Shown: positions 35,414 through 44,478 of the stretch, piece by piece
Layout of the letters: each line of letters opens with the position of its first letter
How positions within the stretch are numbered: the first letter of the stretch is position 1
IMG/VR virus record: IMGVR_UViG_2914543266_000001
Location: 6,559-70,558 of that record
Length of the DNA stretch: 64,000 nt
Source: a virus
Strand: one strand, 5' to 3'
Translations under genes and position numbers: made by a program
Notes under the pieces: generated by a model
Told to the model about the DNA's origin: nothing
Database searches by the model: none
Seen by the model: only the letters and a program-made list of their open reading frames with translations

Positions 35414-38350
35414 ATGAGCCACGTACAATACGCCGCCCTTCGCCAGACGTTGCCCGCCCCGACGATCGCAGCAGTCAGCGGCGGCAATCTCAGCGGCAGC
35501 GGCACTATTGAGCTTACGTACCAGGGCCGCAACCGCGCAGGCTGGAACCTCCCCACCGCCCTACAGAGCGTCAGTTACACCGCAGGACAACGGATCAGCA
35601 TCACCATTCCAGCCACGGCACGGGCAGCGGGGGAGGACATTCACGAGTGGACCATCTCGATCGCAGCAACGCCCGGCACGGCTAACAGCATTAGACAGAT
35701 CGCGATCGTGCAGGCCTACGACAGCGATCAAATCACGCCCCGTAGCTTACCCGCCACCATTTATCTAGACGAGCCCGAGCACATTGTTGTGGGCACTGGG
35801 CAGCAGGTGGCGACGTTGGCGGCATTGCCTGTGAGCGATGCGCTGATCAACGGCATGGTGCGCGAGGTGCTGAACATTGGCGATAGCACCGGGCGTATTC
35901 TTGAGTATCGGGCCGAGTCAATCGCCACAGCAGACAGCGATACCGTATTCCCAGCAGCGATCGGACGGTGGCACGCGATCCAGGGGTTCAGCACCTACAT
36001 CACCGATACCTTGGCGGCAGGAGGATGCGATCGCGCTCTCAGTGCCCTAGACCTCGACAAAGTGATCGCACCGCCGCCCTATGCCGTAGACGGCAGCACA
36101 GGGACAGCGGTTAGGTATTGGTTCTTCGGCAGCCGCACCGGTGGAGGGCCAGCAACGGCAGAAGGCACGCGGGTGGGGTTGTTGGTTTACGACGGGGGTG
36201 TGGAGCGATCGGCCCAGTTCGATGGGCTGTTGAAGTATCGCTTCACGGGCTATGTCGATCCGAGTGATGGCACGATCGACACCTCCGGCATGACGGTCGG
36301 GGCTGAGCAGACCTACACATATGGCAAGGCAGGGTCACATGTACTGGAGAAAGATCTTCCGTCGGGTGAGGCAGCAGAGTTTGCTGTGGCCCCTGACTTT
36401 TCGCTGGCAGAGGCCGCAGACTTGGTGCAGGGGGCAAAGATTTCGGTGAAGCTGCGGGCCTACACCCAGGCAGGTAGCGTCAACCCACTGCCGGGGTTCT
36501 TTGGCAATGCGATCGCGCCTGAGGGTGATCGCCTGCGGGTGGTGCCCGACGGCAGCGGCGTCAAAGTCTTGAGCGGTGCAGCTGCGGTAGGCACCCTAGC
36601 ATTTCCTGTGGTGGGTGAGCAGCAGGTGGTGGGCCTCGCGGAGAACACGGCGGGGCAGTTCGTGCACGTCAATGGCAATAGCATCGCTTATGTAGACGAC
36701 GGCGCTCCGGGGCAGCAGGAGGCGATCAGGGCCAAGGTGTCGACGGCAGCGGGGCGATCGGCTGCGGGGGCTGCGAGCAGCTATGCGGTGGTGGGGGCGG
36801 GCGATACCCTCACGGTGACGGTGAACCACGGCAGGGTGGTGCGATCGGACTATCCCGAGCCGAGTGGGGCCACGTCGGTGCTGGCGGGCAGTAGCGATGG
36901 CACCTTCACGCCGCCGCAAATGGCTGTGTACTTGGAACGACAGTCTGATGGCGAGTTGTGGGAGTACCTGTTCCCTGTGACGGATACGGCCACGCAGGAG
37001 GTGACGATCGCGTCGTTGGCCAGTGCCGATGCTATGCCCGCGTCAATCCCGGTTGCGCCATCTGCCAATTACTCGCTGTTTGCCCCAGGCGATGCGTCGC
37101 TTGCATCGCCTGCTGGCACTAGCGACCTGACGGCGGGCAGCTACCGGGTGCGCTTCGCCTATGTCTACGACGGCGGACAGGTGACTGCGATCCAGCATGA
37201 ACCCGAGTCGCCTGTGGGGGATTGGCTGCGCGAGGTCGATGTGACTTTGGCGGAGCTTGCAGCAGGGGCAGGCGCGGGCGGCACTCAACTGCTCTACCGT
37301 CTGAGTTCGGCAACGACGGCACCACCTGGGGCGGCTGAGGTGTCATTCAATGATCCGGTGCCGGGTGATGCCTTTGAGATTTATGTCAGCACCACAGCCC
37401 AGAACGGCATAGACGCAACCTCATTTCTGGAGCAGCTGCAACCTGCGGCTAAGGTGTTGATCGCCAATCGCTTCGACAATGGCGGCCACGTTTTCTACGA
37501 CGTGGATTTTGTGTCGGAGGAAGCGGGCTACTATGCGATCGCGGTTTCTGCCATCAGCAGTAGCGGCATGCTGTCGAGCGATGTGGTCGTGGGCTTTGTC
37601 TTTGCGGGGACGCCGGGGGCAACAGGGCCAGCGGGACCTACCGGAGCTACAGGCGCGATCGGACCAGCGGGGCCGCCGGGGGCGACGGGGCCACAGGGCG
37701 ATCCAGGGGCGGGCATCAACCCTAGGGGCGCATACAACGGCTCAACTGCCTACGCTGTGGCAGACTCGGTGAGCTATTTGGGCAGCAGCTACATTGCGAT
37801 CGCGCCTACAACTGGCAACCTGCCCACAAACACCAGCTTTTGGCAGCTGCTAGCGGAGGCTGGCGAGGATGGGGCAGACGGGGCAACGGGGTCAGTATCA
37901 TCAGCGTCCACAATTATTTTGGCAGAGCAAGGCAGCACACCAAGCACGCCTGCCAGCGGCAATGTCACCTTTTACGCCAAGACTGATAATTTCTTACATT
38001 TTCTTGATGACTTAGGGAATGAGCGGCGCATCCCCTACACCAACATTCAGATCAATTTTCAAACGAACAACTACGTTCTGGCGCTGACCGATGAATATAA
38101 GCTGGTGACGCTTTCCAGCGCGGGGGTGATCACGCTGACGGTGCCCACTAACGCCACCGTCGCTTTCCCTGTGGGCACTCAAATTGTCATCAGGCAGGGT
38201 GGTGCGGGGCAAATTTCAGTGATAGCGGCAAGTGGGGTAATCATTCAAAGCAAGTCGAGCTACCTCAAGCTGTCGGGCCAGTACTCAGCGGCAACACTCG
38301 TCAAGATTGACACCAACACCTGGTGGTTATTTGGAGATTTAGCAGCATGA
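35414..38350 (+). CDS. Tail fibre with collagen-like segment
   Basis: 12 G-X-Y triplets at 37607-37714; C-terminal TLTVP..FPVGTQIVIRQGGAGQI module. Confidence 0.85.
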   Translation: MSHVQYAALRQTLPAPTIAAVSGGNLSGSGTIELTYQGRNRAGWNLPTALQSVSYTAGQRISITIPATARAAGEDIHEWTISIAATPGTANSIRQIAIVQAYDSDQITPRSLPATIYLDEPEHIVVGTGQQVATLAALPVSDALINGMVREVLNIGDSTGRILEYRAESIATADSDTVFPAAIGRWHAIQGFSTYITDTLAAGGCDRALSALDLDKVIAPPPYAVDGSTGTAVRYWFFGSRTGGGPATAEGTRVGLLVYDGGVERSAQFDGLLKYRFTGYVDPSDGTIDTSGMTVGAEQTYTYGKAGSHVLEKDLPSGEAAEFAVAPDFSLAEAADLVQGAKISVKLRAYTQAGSVNPLPGFFGNAIAPEGDRLRVVPDGSGVKVLSGAAAVGTLAFPVVGEQQVVGLAENTAGQFVHVNGNSIAYVDDGAPGQQEAIRAKVSTAAGRSAAGAASSYAVVGAGDTLTVTVNHGRVVRSDYPEPSGATSVLAGSSDGTFTPPQMAVYLERQSDGELWEYLFPVTDTATQEVTIASLASADAMPASIPVAPSANYSLFAPGDASLASPAGTSDLTAGSYRVRFAYVYDGGQVTAIQHEPESPVGDWLREVDVTLAELAAGAGAGGTQLLYRLSSATTAPPGAAEVSFNDPVPGDAFEIYVSTTAQNGIDATSFLEQLQPAAKVLIANRFDNGGHVFYDVDFVSEEAGYYAIAVSAISSSGMLSSDVVVGFVFAGTPGATGPAGPTGATGAIGPAGPPGATGPQGDPGAGINPRGAYNGSTAYAVADSVSYLGSSYIAIAPTTGNLPTNTSFWQLLAEAGEDGADGATGSVSSASTIILAEQGSTPSTPASGNVTFYAKTDNFLHFLDDLGNERRIPYTNIQINFQTNNYVLALTDEYKLVTLSSAGVITLTVPTNATVAFPVGTQIVIRQGGAGQISVIAASGVIIQSKSSYLKLSGQYSAATLVKIDTNTWWLFGDLAA

Positions 38351-39162
38351 TCCCTATGGCTTATGGAGCAGCAGCAGCTATCCCTGCACTTGGCGATCCG
38401 ATTTTGGCCACGCCCGATCTGTACTGGTACGCCAACGCTAACTATGAAATATTCCAAAGCAATGGCGGCGCGGCGTCAGGCACGGGCAACCCAGTGGGCT
38501 ACATCATTACGCGAGGCAGTAGCGCGATCAATGTTGAGCAACTGACCAGTGCGGCTAGACCGACGGCAAGCTTGGTCAATGCCAAGCCCAGCCTGAGTTA
38601 TGATGGCGGCGACTTCTTTCAGGTAGGCGACAACAACGATTGGAACTTCCTGCATAACACCAATGGCTTTACTGCGGTACTGGCGTTTAAGAAAAACCTC
38701 AGCAATCCCGGTAATGTGCTGATGACATTGCTAGACACAGTGGGCATTTCATCAGCCAACATTGGGCTCACTATTTTCTATGACAACCGAGCCGTGGTGC
38801 CTGCGGTCGATCGTCTCCGAATCTTTATTGGCCGGGGTGTCTCGGGCGAACCATTGCAGGACAGGCAATCGTTAGACGGGAGGCTTTTTGGCACAGGGCC
38901 ACATGTCATTGTGGTTCGGTTTGATGGATCGTCATCTCTTAGAGCCAATGTAGACGGCACGCAAGTTATAGCCTTTGATAGCAACAATTTTGGAGTTGCA
39001 TCGAACGGCGATAGTACATTTCCTCTCAACCTGGCTCGAACCGGCAGTAACTTGTTTTATCTGACCGGCGAAATGCCATTCAAGGCGCTATTCAACCGAC
39101 GATTGACCGATACTGAGGTGGAAGCGATCGAAGATTATTGGATAGCAGAGCTTGGGATCTAA
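38347..39162 (+). CDS. Tail-fibre-associated LamG/concanavalin-like protein
   Basis: PSLSYDGGDFF...FNRRLTDTEVEAIEDYW signature; ATGA overlap with the fibre gene. Confidence 0.65.
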   Translation: MIPMAYGAAAAIPALGDPILATPDLYWYANANYEIFQSNGGAASGTGNPVGYIITRGSSAINVEQLTSAARPTASLVNAKPSLSYDGGDFFQVGDNNDWNFLHNTNGFTAVLAFKKNLSNPGNVLMTLLDTVGISSANIGLTIFYDNRAVVPAVDRLRIFIGRGVSGEPLQDRQSLDGRLFGTGPHVIVVRFDGSSSLRANVDGTQVIAFDSNNFGVASNGDSTFPLNLARTGSNLFYLTGEMPFKALFNRRLTDTEVEAIEDYWIAELGI

Positions 39163-39941
39163 TCTTGGCATCACTTAAAGGCGCGATCGCGGTGTTCATT
39201 GCCGCCTACCATTATTGGGCTTGGGGCATTGGGCAGCCCGCCGACTGGGCCGTAAATCTGGCGCAATTTGGGGTGGTGCTGTTCTTTACGATGAGCGGCT
39301 ATGGTCTAGCCCAGGGCTACCAAGTCCCAGTGAATTGGCGGCGATTTTGGAGAAGGCGGGCACAGCGCATCTTGCCTTGGTTTTGGGTAGCCACGATCGC
39401 CACGGTGCTGCTAGCAGGATGGCCTAGCCTGCGATCGCTGGTTCTCAACCTTATCCTACTGTGGCCCATCGTTGACCTGCGTGGCTATATCGCTACCGGG
39501 GCATGGGCGATCGGCTGTGAGGCACTGTTTTATGCCTGGTTTTGGCTGTGGGGGCTAGGTGGCTTTAGCCAGTGGACGGGCTGGGCGATCGTGGCGGCGT
39601 CTGTGGCTATTGGTTGGGCCATGCTGAGCCCTGACTACACACTGGCGGTGCAGTGGGCGGCGTGGATCAATCCCACGGTGCAGGCCTCGGCATTCTTCGC
39701 TGGTGCCCTGCTGGTGCCTCGTCTGAGCGCTAGCTGGGTATGGCCTTTGTCGTGGCTGGCGCTGTGTCTGCTAGTGCCGACGCCTTGGGCTATCTCCTGG
39801 CTGCGGCCTCTACTCATTGTGGCGGGGTGTGGCCTGGTGGCAGCCTTGGTGAAGTGGCGATCGCCCGCCGATATCCTAGGCAAATATAGCTACCAGATCT
39901 ATTTACTTCATCCCATAGTCTGGAACTTATTGATTCTATGA
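39138..39941 (+). CDS. Membrane acyltransferase family 3 (OafA-like)
   Basis: SLKGAIAVFIAAYH, GVVLFFTMSGY, RRRAQRILP, AWAIGCEALFY, GKYSYQIYLLHP; many TM segments. Confidence 0.9.
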   Translation: MDSRAWDLILASLKGAIAVFIAAYHYWAWGIGQPADWAVNLAQFGVVLFFTMSGYGLAQGYQVPVNWRRFWRRRAQRILPWFWVATIATVLLAGWPSLRSLVLNLILLWPIVDLRGYIATGAWAIGCEALFYAWFWLWGLGGFSQWTGWAIVAASVAIGWAMLSPDYTLAVQWAAWINPTVQASAFFAGALLVPRLSASWVWPLSWLALCLLVPTPWAISWLRPLLIVAGCGLVAALVKWRSPADILGKYSYQIYLLHPIVWNLLIL

Positions 39942-41077
39942 CGCTTGATCGCACTGCCAAAGAACTAACGGATCTAGTACAGCAAGCCTCCACAGTGCGG
40001 CAGTCATCTGCTCCTAGCGGTGGGAATGCGGGCACCACCATCTCGCTACGGTTCAACGGGCGACCATTCCAGGCGCGGTGCCTCAGTGCGATCGCGCCTG
40101 GACCAGTGGTCGCAGTGCTTACGACGACGGGTTGGGCTTGCATGCCTGTGGCAGCAACTCGGTTACTGGGCGTGCGCGAGGTCGAGTCTAGGCAACGACG
40201 GGGCGGCAGTGTGCCCGTTAAGATGATCATCTTTAGCTTCATTATTCGCCGAAATAGCGATAACAGGCTATTCCTGGCTAAGGGCCTGGATATTGGGGAC
40301 CGGGCACCGATCGCGGCTGAAATGATGCAAGATTTGGGCGGCAGCGTGGCAGGTAGTGCAATCGTGCTAACGGTGGCGTATCAAGACCCTGCATTTTCTG
40401 TGGGCGCAGTCACATCGGCTATCGAGCCATTTGAGGCGCGATTTTTTGAAGGGATATACCCCGAGAGTGTGGCCACGTCCGAAATATTAAACAGTGACTT
40501 TGCCGCCAATTTTTCCAACAACAACGTCACTCCGGGGGGCTTTTGGCTGCACGAAGGGGCATGGGGCCAAGCTGCGTTTTCGTTTGGGGGTTTAGACCTG
40601 AACGATTTCCAAATCCAAAGCTTTGATGCCTCTGGCATTGTCAGCGTGAGCACGGCAGATAACCCCGAAGGCTCAGCGATTTCAGGCAATCCAGTAAGAA
40701 GCTACATCCTCCCAACGGTGCGGCTGCAACCTGGTGAAAGCACTGTAACCGTAAACGGTCGATCGCTGATTTGCAAAAACGATCTATCAGCCGCTATCTA
40801 TTCTCTAGATGGCCTAGAAGGTAAATACTACGACGGCAGCCATCGCGACTTGATCCGAGGTGCTAACGTTCCCGGGATTGATGCACTTGGCACATCGGGC
40901 AGCACCAATTGGCAGGGCGATCGCATTTACCTGTTTGCCAATAACGCCGTCACCATTTTCGGCATCAATACGACAATCCCCTCGATCGAGCGTATTGCCG
41001 TTATCCCGGTGCAACTGCCTGTCGTTCCAGACGGACATAGTATCCAAATCGCCAAATGTGAATTCATAGAAGAGTAA
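39938..41077 (+). CDS. Hypothetical tail-associated protein
   Basis: 379 aa, coupled by ATGA overlap. Confidence 0.6.
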   Translation: MTLDRTAKELTDLVQQASTVRQSSAPSGGNAGTTISLRFNGRPFQARCLSAIAPGPVVAVLTTTGWACMPVAATRLLGVREVESRQRRGGSVPVKMIIFSFIIRRNSDNRLFLAKGLDIGDRAPIAAEMMQDLGGSVAGSAIVLTVAYQDPAFSVGAVTSAIEPFEARFFEGIYPESVATSEILNSDFAANFSNNNVTPGGFWLHEGAWGQAAFSFGGLDLNDFQIQSFDASGIVSVSTADNPEGSAISGNPVRSYILPTVRLQPGESTVTVNGRSLICKNDLSAAIYSLDGLEGKYYDGSHRDLIRGANVPGIDALGTSGSTNWQGDRIYLFANNAVTIFGINTTIPSIERIAVIPVQLPVVPDGHSIQIAKCEFIEE

Positions 41078-41080
41078 CCC

Positions 41081-41587
41081 ATGGCAAACGATCGCAGCCT
41101 CGGCGTCCAAATCGACGAAAAAGAACTTGCCAGCATTGTGCGCCAGCTCAACCAAACCGCGATCGACATTGGGCAGCCCGCGATCGCCCGTGAGATTCGG
41201 CAGGTGGTGCTCGCTGATGTTGATGAGCGCTTTGCCTCGGCACCCTCGGTGGAGTCAGGCGGCGTGGTCTACGGCGGGGTGTACTGGCCGCCGCTGAGCC
41301 CTAGCTATTTGGCTCGGAGACCAGAGCGATCGGGCGGACAACTGCTGCGCGATACCGGTGAGCTAGAGCAATCATTCACAGGTAATGGGGCGGTGTTCCA
41401 GTCAGGCGCTGATGAGGTAGTGGTGGGAACCTCCCTACCCAAGGCGCGCGGGCTGCACGGTGGGGTGTTCTGGGGTGTGTCGAAACCTGATCTGGCTAGA
41501 CCGATCCTGTTCGTGCACGATGCTCTAGCTGATGACGTAGTGGAGGCGATCGCGCTGGCCTTTGATAGGTTGCAGCGGAAGTCGTAG
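41081..41587 (+). CDS. Virion morphogenesis protein (Mu gpG / P2 S-like)
   Basis: WPPLSPSY...LLRDTGELEQS...VVVGT...ARPIL. Confidence 0.85.
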   Translation: MANDRSLGVQIDEKELASIVRQLNQTAIDIGQPAIAREIRQVVLADVDERFASAPSVESGGVVYGGVYWPPLSPSYLARRPERSGGQLLRDTGELEQSFTGNGAVFQSGADEVVVGTSLPKARGLHGGVFWGVSKPDLARPILFVHDALADDVVEAIALAFDRLQRKS

Positions 41588-41590
41588 GAA

Positions 41591-41724
41591 GGGTGCAGGG
41601 AGTGCGAGGGGTGCAGGGGTCGAAATGCGATTTTTTTCGTGTGATCGCATTCCATTTTTTTGGAGAGCACACACCCCTTTTTTTTGAGCTTTTTTGGCCT
41701 GCACCCCCTGCACCCTTTGCACCC
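41591..41724 (+). repeat. Dispersed palindromic element, copy 4 (core orientation T)
   Basis: Same arms; begins 4 nt after the gpG stop codon. Confidence 0.95.
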
Positions 41725-41888
41725 TATTAAGGGACAGTGACAAGACCGTGCGATCGCGTAGCCGGTGGCGGGCATATTCCTGATGTGGGCAGCAGTGCCC
41801 GAATGATGATGGTTCGATGAATGCTGAGCAAAGCATTCGGAACCTAGAAGGCTGCGATGTAACTATTGGAATTATTAAAGGTCTAACT

Positions 41889-42296
41889 ATGTTGAAGCGA
41901 TTGATCTTGCCTCTAGCCTTAGCCGCCACAACCGCCGCCGTGTTGCCAGCTCATGCCCAGGTCACTGACTGCGGCATGTCTGTGATGGTGCTGCCCAATG
42001 GCGAGTGCTTGGACATGGACTACATCACGGTGCTGGGTGCTAGCCGTCGCAACGTTGGACAGGCCAATGCCATCTATAACGAACTGTTTGACACCAACGT
42101 CAGGATCGAGATGATCTACAGCGAGTTCCCTCAGCTAGACAATGAAACTGAGGAAGAACGCCGGGAGCGCTACGAGTCGCTTTTGCGGGTTAGAGATGGC
42201 AGGGACGCAGTAGCCGCATCAGGGCAGAGCGTCGAAGATAAGCTATTCCCTCTGCATGTGCGGGCAATGAATGCTGTTGGCCGAGCCTACCGTTAG
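41889..42296 (+). CDS. Secreted hypothetical protein
   Basis: Signal peptide MLKRLILPLALAATTAAVLPAHA; Cys pair. Confidence 0.65.
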   Translation: MLKRLILPLALAATTAAVLPAHAQVTDCGMSVMVLPNGECLDMDYITVLGASRRNVGQANAIYNELFDTNVRIEMIYSEFPQLDNETEEERRERYESLLRVRDGRDAVAASGQSVEDKLFPLHVRAMNAVGRAYR

Positions 42297-42361
42297 CGAC
42301 CGCGGACTCAAAGCAAAGCCCCTGGCAGAGTTGTTCTACCAGGGGCTTTGCTTTAGAAGGA

Positions 42362-43300
42362 TTAGCCCTGAGCATTCATTGAGCTAGATTCCATTGCCGC
42401 TAAATCGCTGTCTAATGTGCGGCGATCGTAAGGGTAGAGTGGTCCGTACTGCCTAGCCCACTGCTGGAACTCAGCGACTCCGCCATCATCTAGTCGAGTA
42501 GGGATGATTTTGGGTGCTCCATTGTCAAAGCAGAACAGGCCAAACCGTACATCAATCCATACCCATTCAATTGGAACCATCTCGCCGCCAACATGCCGAC
42601 GCCGCACCACGTTAAAGGGCAATATTGATTTGACTTCGCTTTTCCAGTTGTTTTCGCCAATGGGCAGTCGTCCGATCGCCACGCAGTATGCTTTGTAGCA
42701 GGAATACAGCCAATCGATCGGCACAGGTTGCCGTGCCCCCTTGATGTCGGCAGGCTTCAAGCACTCGTCAATGAATGCCCAAGTGCTGCTGACATCGGGC
42801 TTAGGCGTCGGCACTGTCTCGGGCTGCGGGGCCGCGGCGATCGGTGGACTGCTATGTCCAAGCGCCGCTGACACCAGCGCCGGGTCAATCAACGCGAGTT
42901 TGTAGGCAAGGTCTAAGGATCGTTCTCTAGATCGCGATAGTTCTAGCTCTAGGCAGAAAGGCGCTAGGTCATCACGATGGGCGGGAAGTGATTGTTGCAT
43001 CTGTCGCTCACACTCTAGGAAGTATTTGCGAATCTCCCTGCCCTTGTCTGTGCCTGCCATCATGCCCAGTGACTTGAAACAGTCAACAGTCAGAATGATG
43101 TGTTCGCTAGGACGCCCACCAGTAGAGCTTTTTACCCCTTTGGGTAGGAAATCAAAACCACTCTCAAAATTGTTTTTTAGCTTCTCTGTGGCCTTTTGCT
43201 TAGTACAGTAACCGAGCCACTGCCAAGCATCGTCAATATCCACAGGAAACTGGTCTTCAGATTGAACCAGTGCCAACGCCAAATCATGCGAAAATTCCAT
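42362..43300 (-). CDS. AntA/AntB-like antirepressor fused to a copy of the helicase winged-helix domain
   Basis: [18 protein letters not shown]...FESGFDF...[37 protein letters not shown]; C-terminal 126 aa 79/126 identical to helicase 1969-2346. Confidence 0.88.
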   Translation of the reverse strand: MEFSHDLALALVQSEDQFPVDIDDAWQWLGYCTKQKATEKLKNNFESGFDFLPKGVKSSTGGRPSEHIILTVDCFKSLGMMAGTDKGREIRKYFLECERQMQQSLPAHRDDLAPFCLELELSRSRERSLDLAYKLALIDPALVSAALGHSSPPIAAAPQPETVPTPKPDVSSTWAFIDECLKPADIKGARQPVPIDWLYSCYKAYCVAIGRLPIGENNWKSEVKSILPFNVVRRRHVGGEMVPIEWVWIDVRFGLFCFDNGAPKIIPTRLDDGGVAEFQQWARQYGPLYPYDRRTLDSDLAAMESSSMNAQG

Positions 43301-43376
43301 CAGGCTTTCCTTTGTGTTTACTACGGGGATAGGTCTAAGGCGATCGCTTTGCTTTCGAGGGCAGCGATCGCCTCCA

Positions 43377-43601
43377 CTAACTACTGACATCAACACTTTG
43401 CCCTACCCACTCCAGCAGCTCTCCTGGCTGCACTTCGTAGGCATTGCAAATCTTGTCAAGCACCGATGATCGCGGCAACTGTTCAGGCTTGTTGTACAGG
43501 TCGTAGGCGGTGCGCTGGGCGATCCCAACATCCTGTCTAAACTTGTACGGCGTAATACCTCGAGCATCAACGAACTCCTTGATCCTGTTTTTTACCGCCA
43601 T
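43377..43601 (-). CDS. XRE/Cro-type HTH regulator
   Basis: [22 protein letters not shown]...[18 protein letters not shown]. Confidence 0.88.
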   Translation of the reverse strand: MAVKNRIKEFVDARGITPYKFRQDVGIAQRTAYDLYNKPEQLPRSSVLDKICNAYEVQPGELLEWVGQSVDVSS

Positions 43602-43628
43602 TCCATGGCCTTCCTCGGCATTACTATC

Positions 43629-43644
43629 ATGCTAATAGTAGCAT
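43629..43644. promoter_or_regulatory. Palindromic operator ATGCTA-ATAG-TAGCAT
   Basis: Perfect 6-bp arms just upstream of the XRE gene. Confidence 0.5.
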
Positions 43645-43722
43645 TAATCTCGGAATGGTCGCAAATTATCTCTTGAATGATACGGCGGTATGATTGGGGC
43701 ATCGTTACTCCCACGGAATGCC

Positions 43723-44223
43723 ATGCTGCCCAATGCCCTGCGTGATCGCCCGATGGAGGCACTGGCCGAGCACTTGAAGGCATCACTGAACGATCGCCTG
43801 TGGGCCATCTTCGACGAGGCCGATCAGCCCAGGGAGGATGCCTGCCGGGTAGCGGTACCCTATCGCCCCGATTTGCTGAGCACTAAGGTCTATCCACTGA
43901 TCAGCTGCTACCGCACCGGGCGGGTGAACGTGAGCGAGGATAGGTGGCGGGGTGAGCTGCGCTGGCACATGCCGATGGCTACCAACCAGCAGTCTGAGCA
44001 ACAGCACTACCTTTACTGGGTAGAGAAATCTATGGTTGATATTCTTGACTTGTATCAGGACGCTGAAGAGCCCTGCATCATTGTTGACATGTCGGTGCTG
44101 CGATCGACCCTGGGATATTTGACAGTGACCAGGGGCAACCCGCAGACGGCTCTATCATTCCCTACAGTGCAAATAGATTTTGAGTTTATAGATCTAGAAA
44201 GCAAGTATGGGGTTGGCAGCTAA
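43723..44223 (+). CDS. Probable tail completion/terminator protein
   Basis: 166 aa; YPLISCYRTG...VQIDFEF pattern; own -10 box TATGAT at 43689. Confidence 0.5.
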   Translation: MLPNALRDRPMEALAEHLKASLNDRLWAIFDEADQPREDACRVAVPYRPDLLSTKVYPLISCYRTGRVNVSEDRWRGELRWHMPMATNQQSEQQHYLYWVEKSMVDILDLYQDAEEPCIIVDMSVLRSTLGYLTVTRGNPQTALSFPTVQIDFEFIDLESKYGVGS

Positions 44224-44303
44224 TCAATATCCTTGCTGTGATTGAATTGTGACTCTTTTGAACTTTAGTGCCGCCTACCCATGGCGGCTTTTTATTGGCC
44301 ATA

Positions 44304-44437
44304 GGGTGCAGGGGGTGCGAGGGGTGCAGGGGTCGAAATGCGATTTTTTTCGAGTGATCGCATTCCATTTTTTTCGCTCGCACACACTCCCTTTTTTTTG
44401 CGTTTCAAGGGTCGCACCCCATGCACCCCTCGCACCC
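44304..44437 (+). repeat. Dispersed palindromic element, copy 5 (core orientation T)
   Basis: Same arms; between a terminator (44270-44294) and the MuF promoter. Confidence 0.95.
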
Positions 44438-44478
44438 ACGATACGGCGGTATGATTGGGGCACCGTACCGCGATCGAT

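Noticed and set aside
1969-42790. Helicase/antirepressor duplication as a DGR template-variable pair
   Set aside because: No reverse transcriptase; both copies are in-frame coding and about 63% identical in protein over 126 aa, too diverged for a TR/VR pair
14881-44437. Palindromic repeats as a CRISPR array
   Set aside because: Copies are 133-134 bp, scattered over 30 kb, with related rather than unique centres; no cas genes in the window
14881-44437. Palindromic repeats as a classical IS-derived MITE
   Set aside because: No target-site duplications at the flanks and no transposase in the window; arms match the helicase-internal repeat instead. Not fully excluded without a host-genome search
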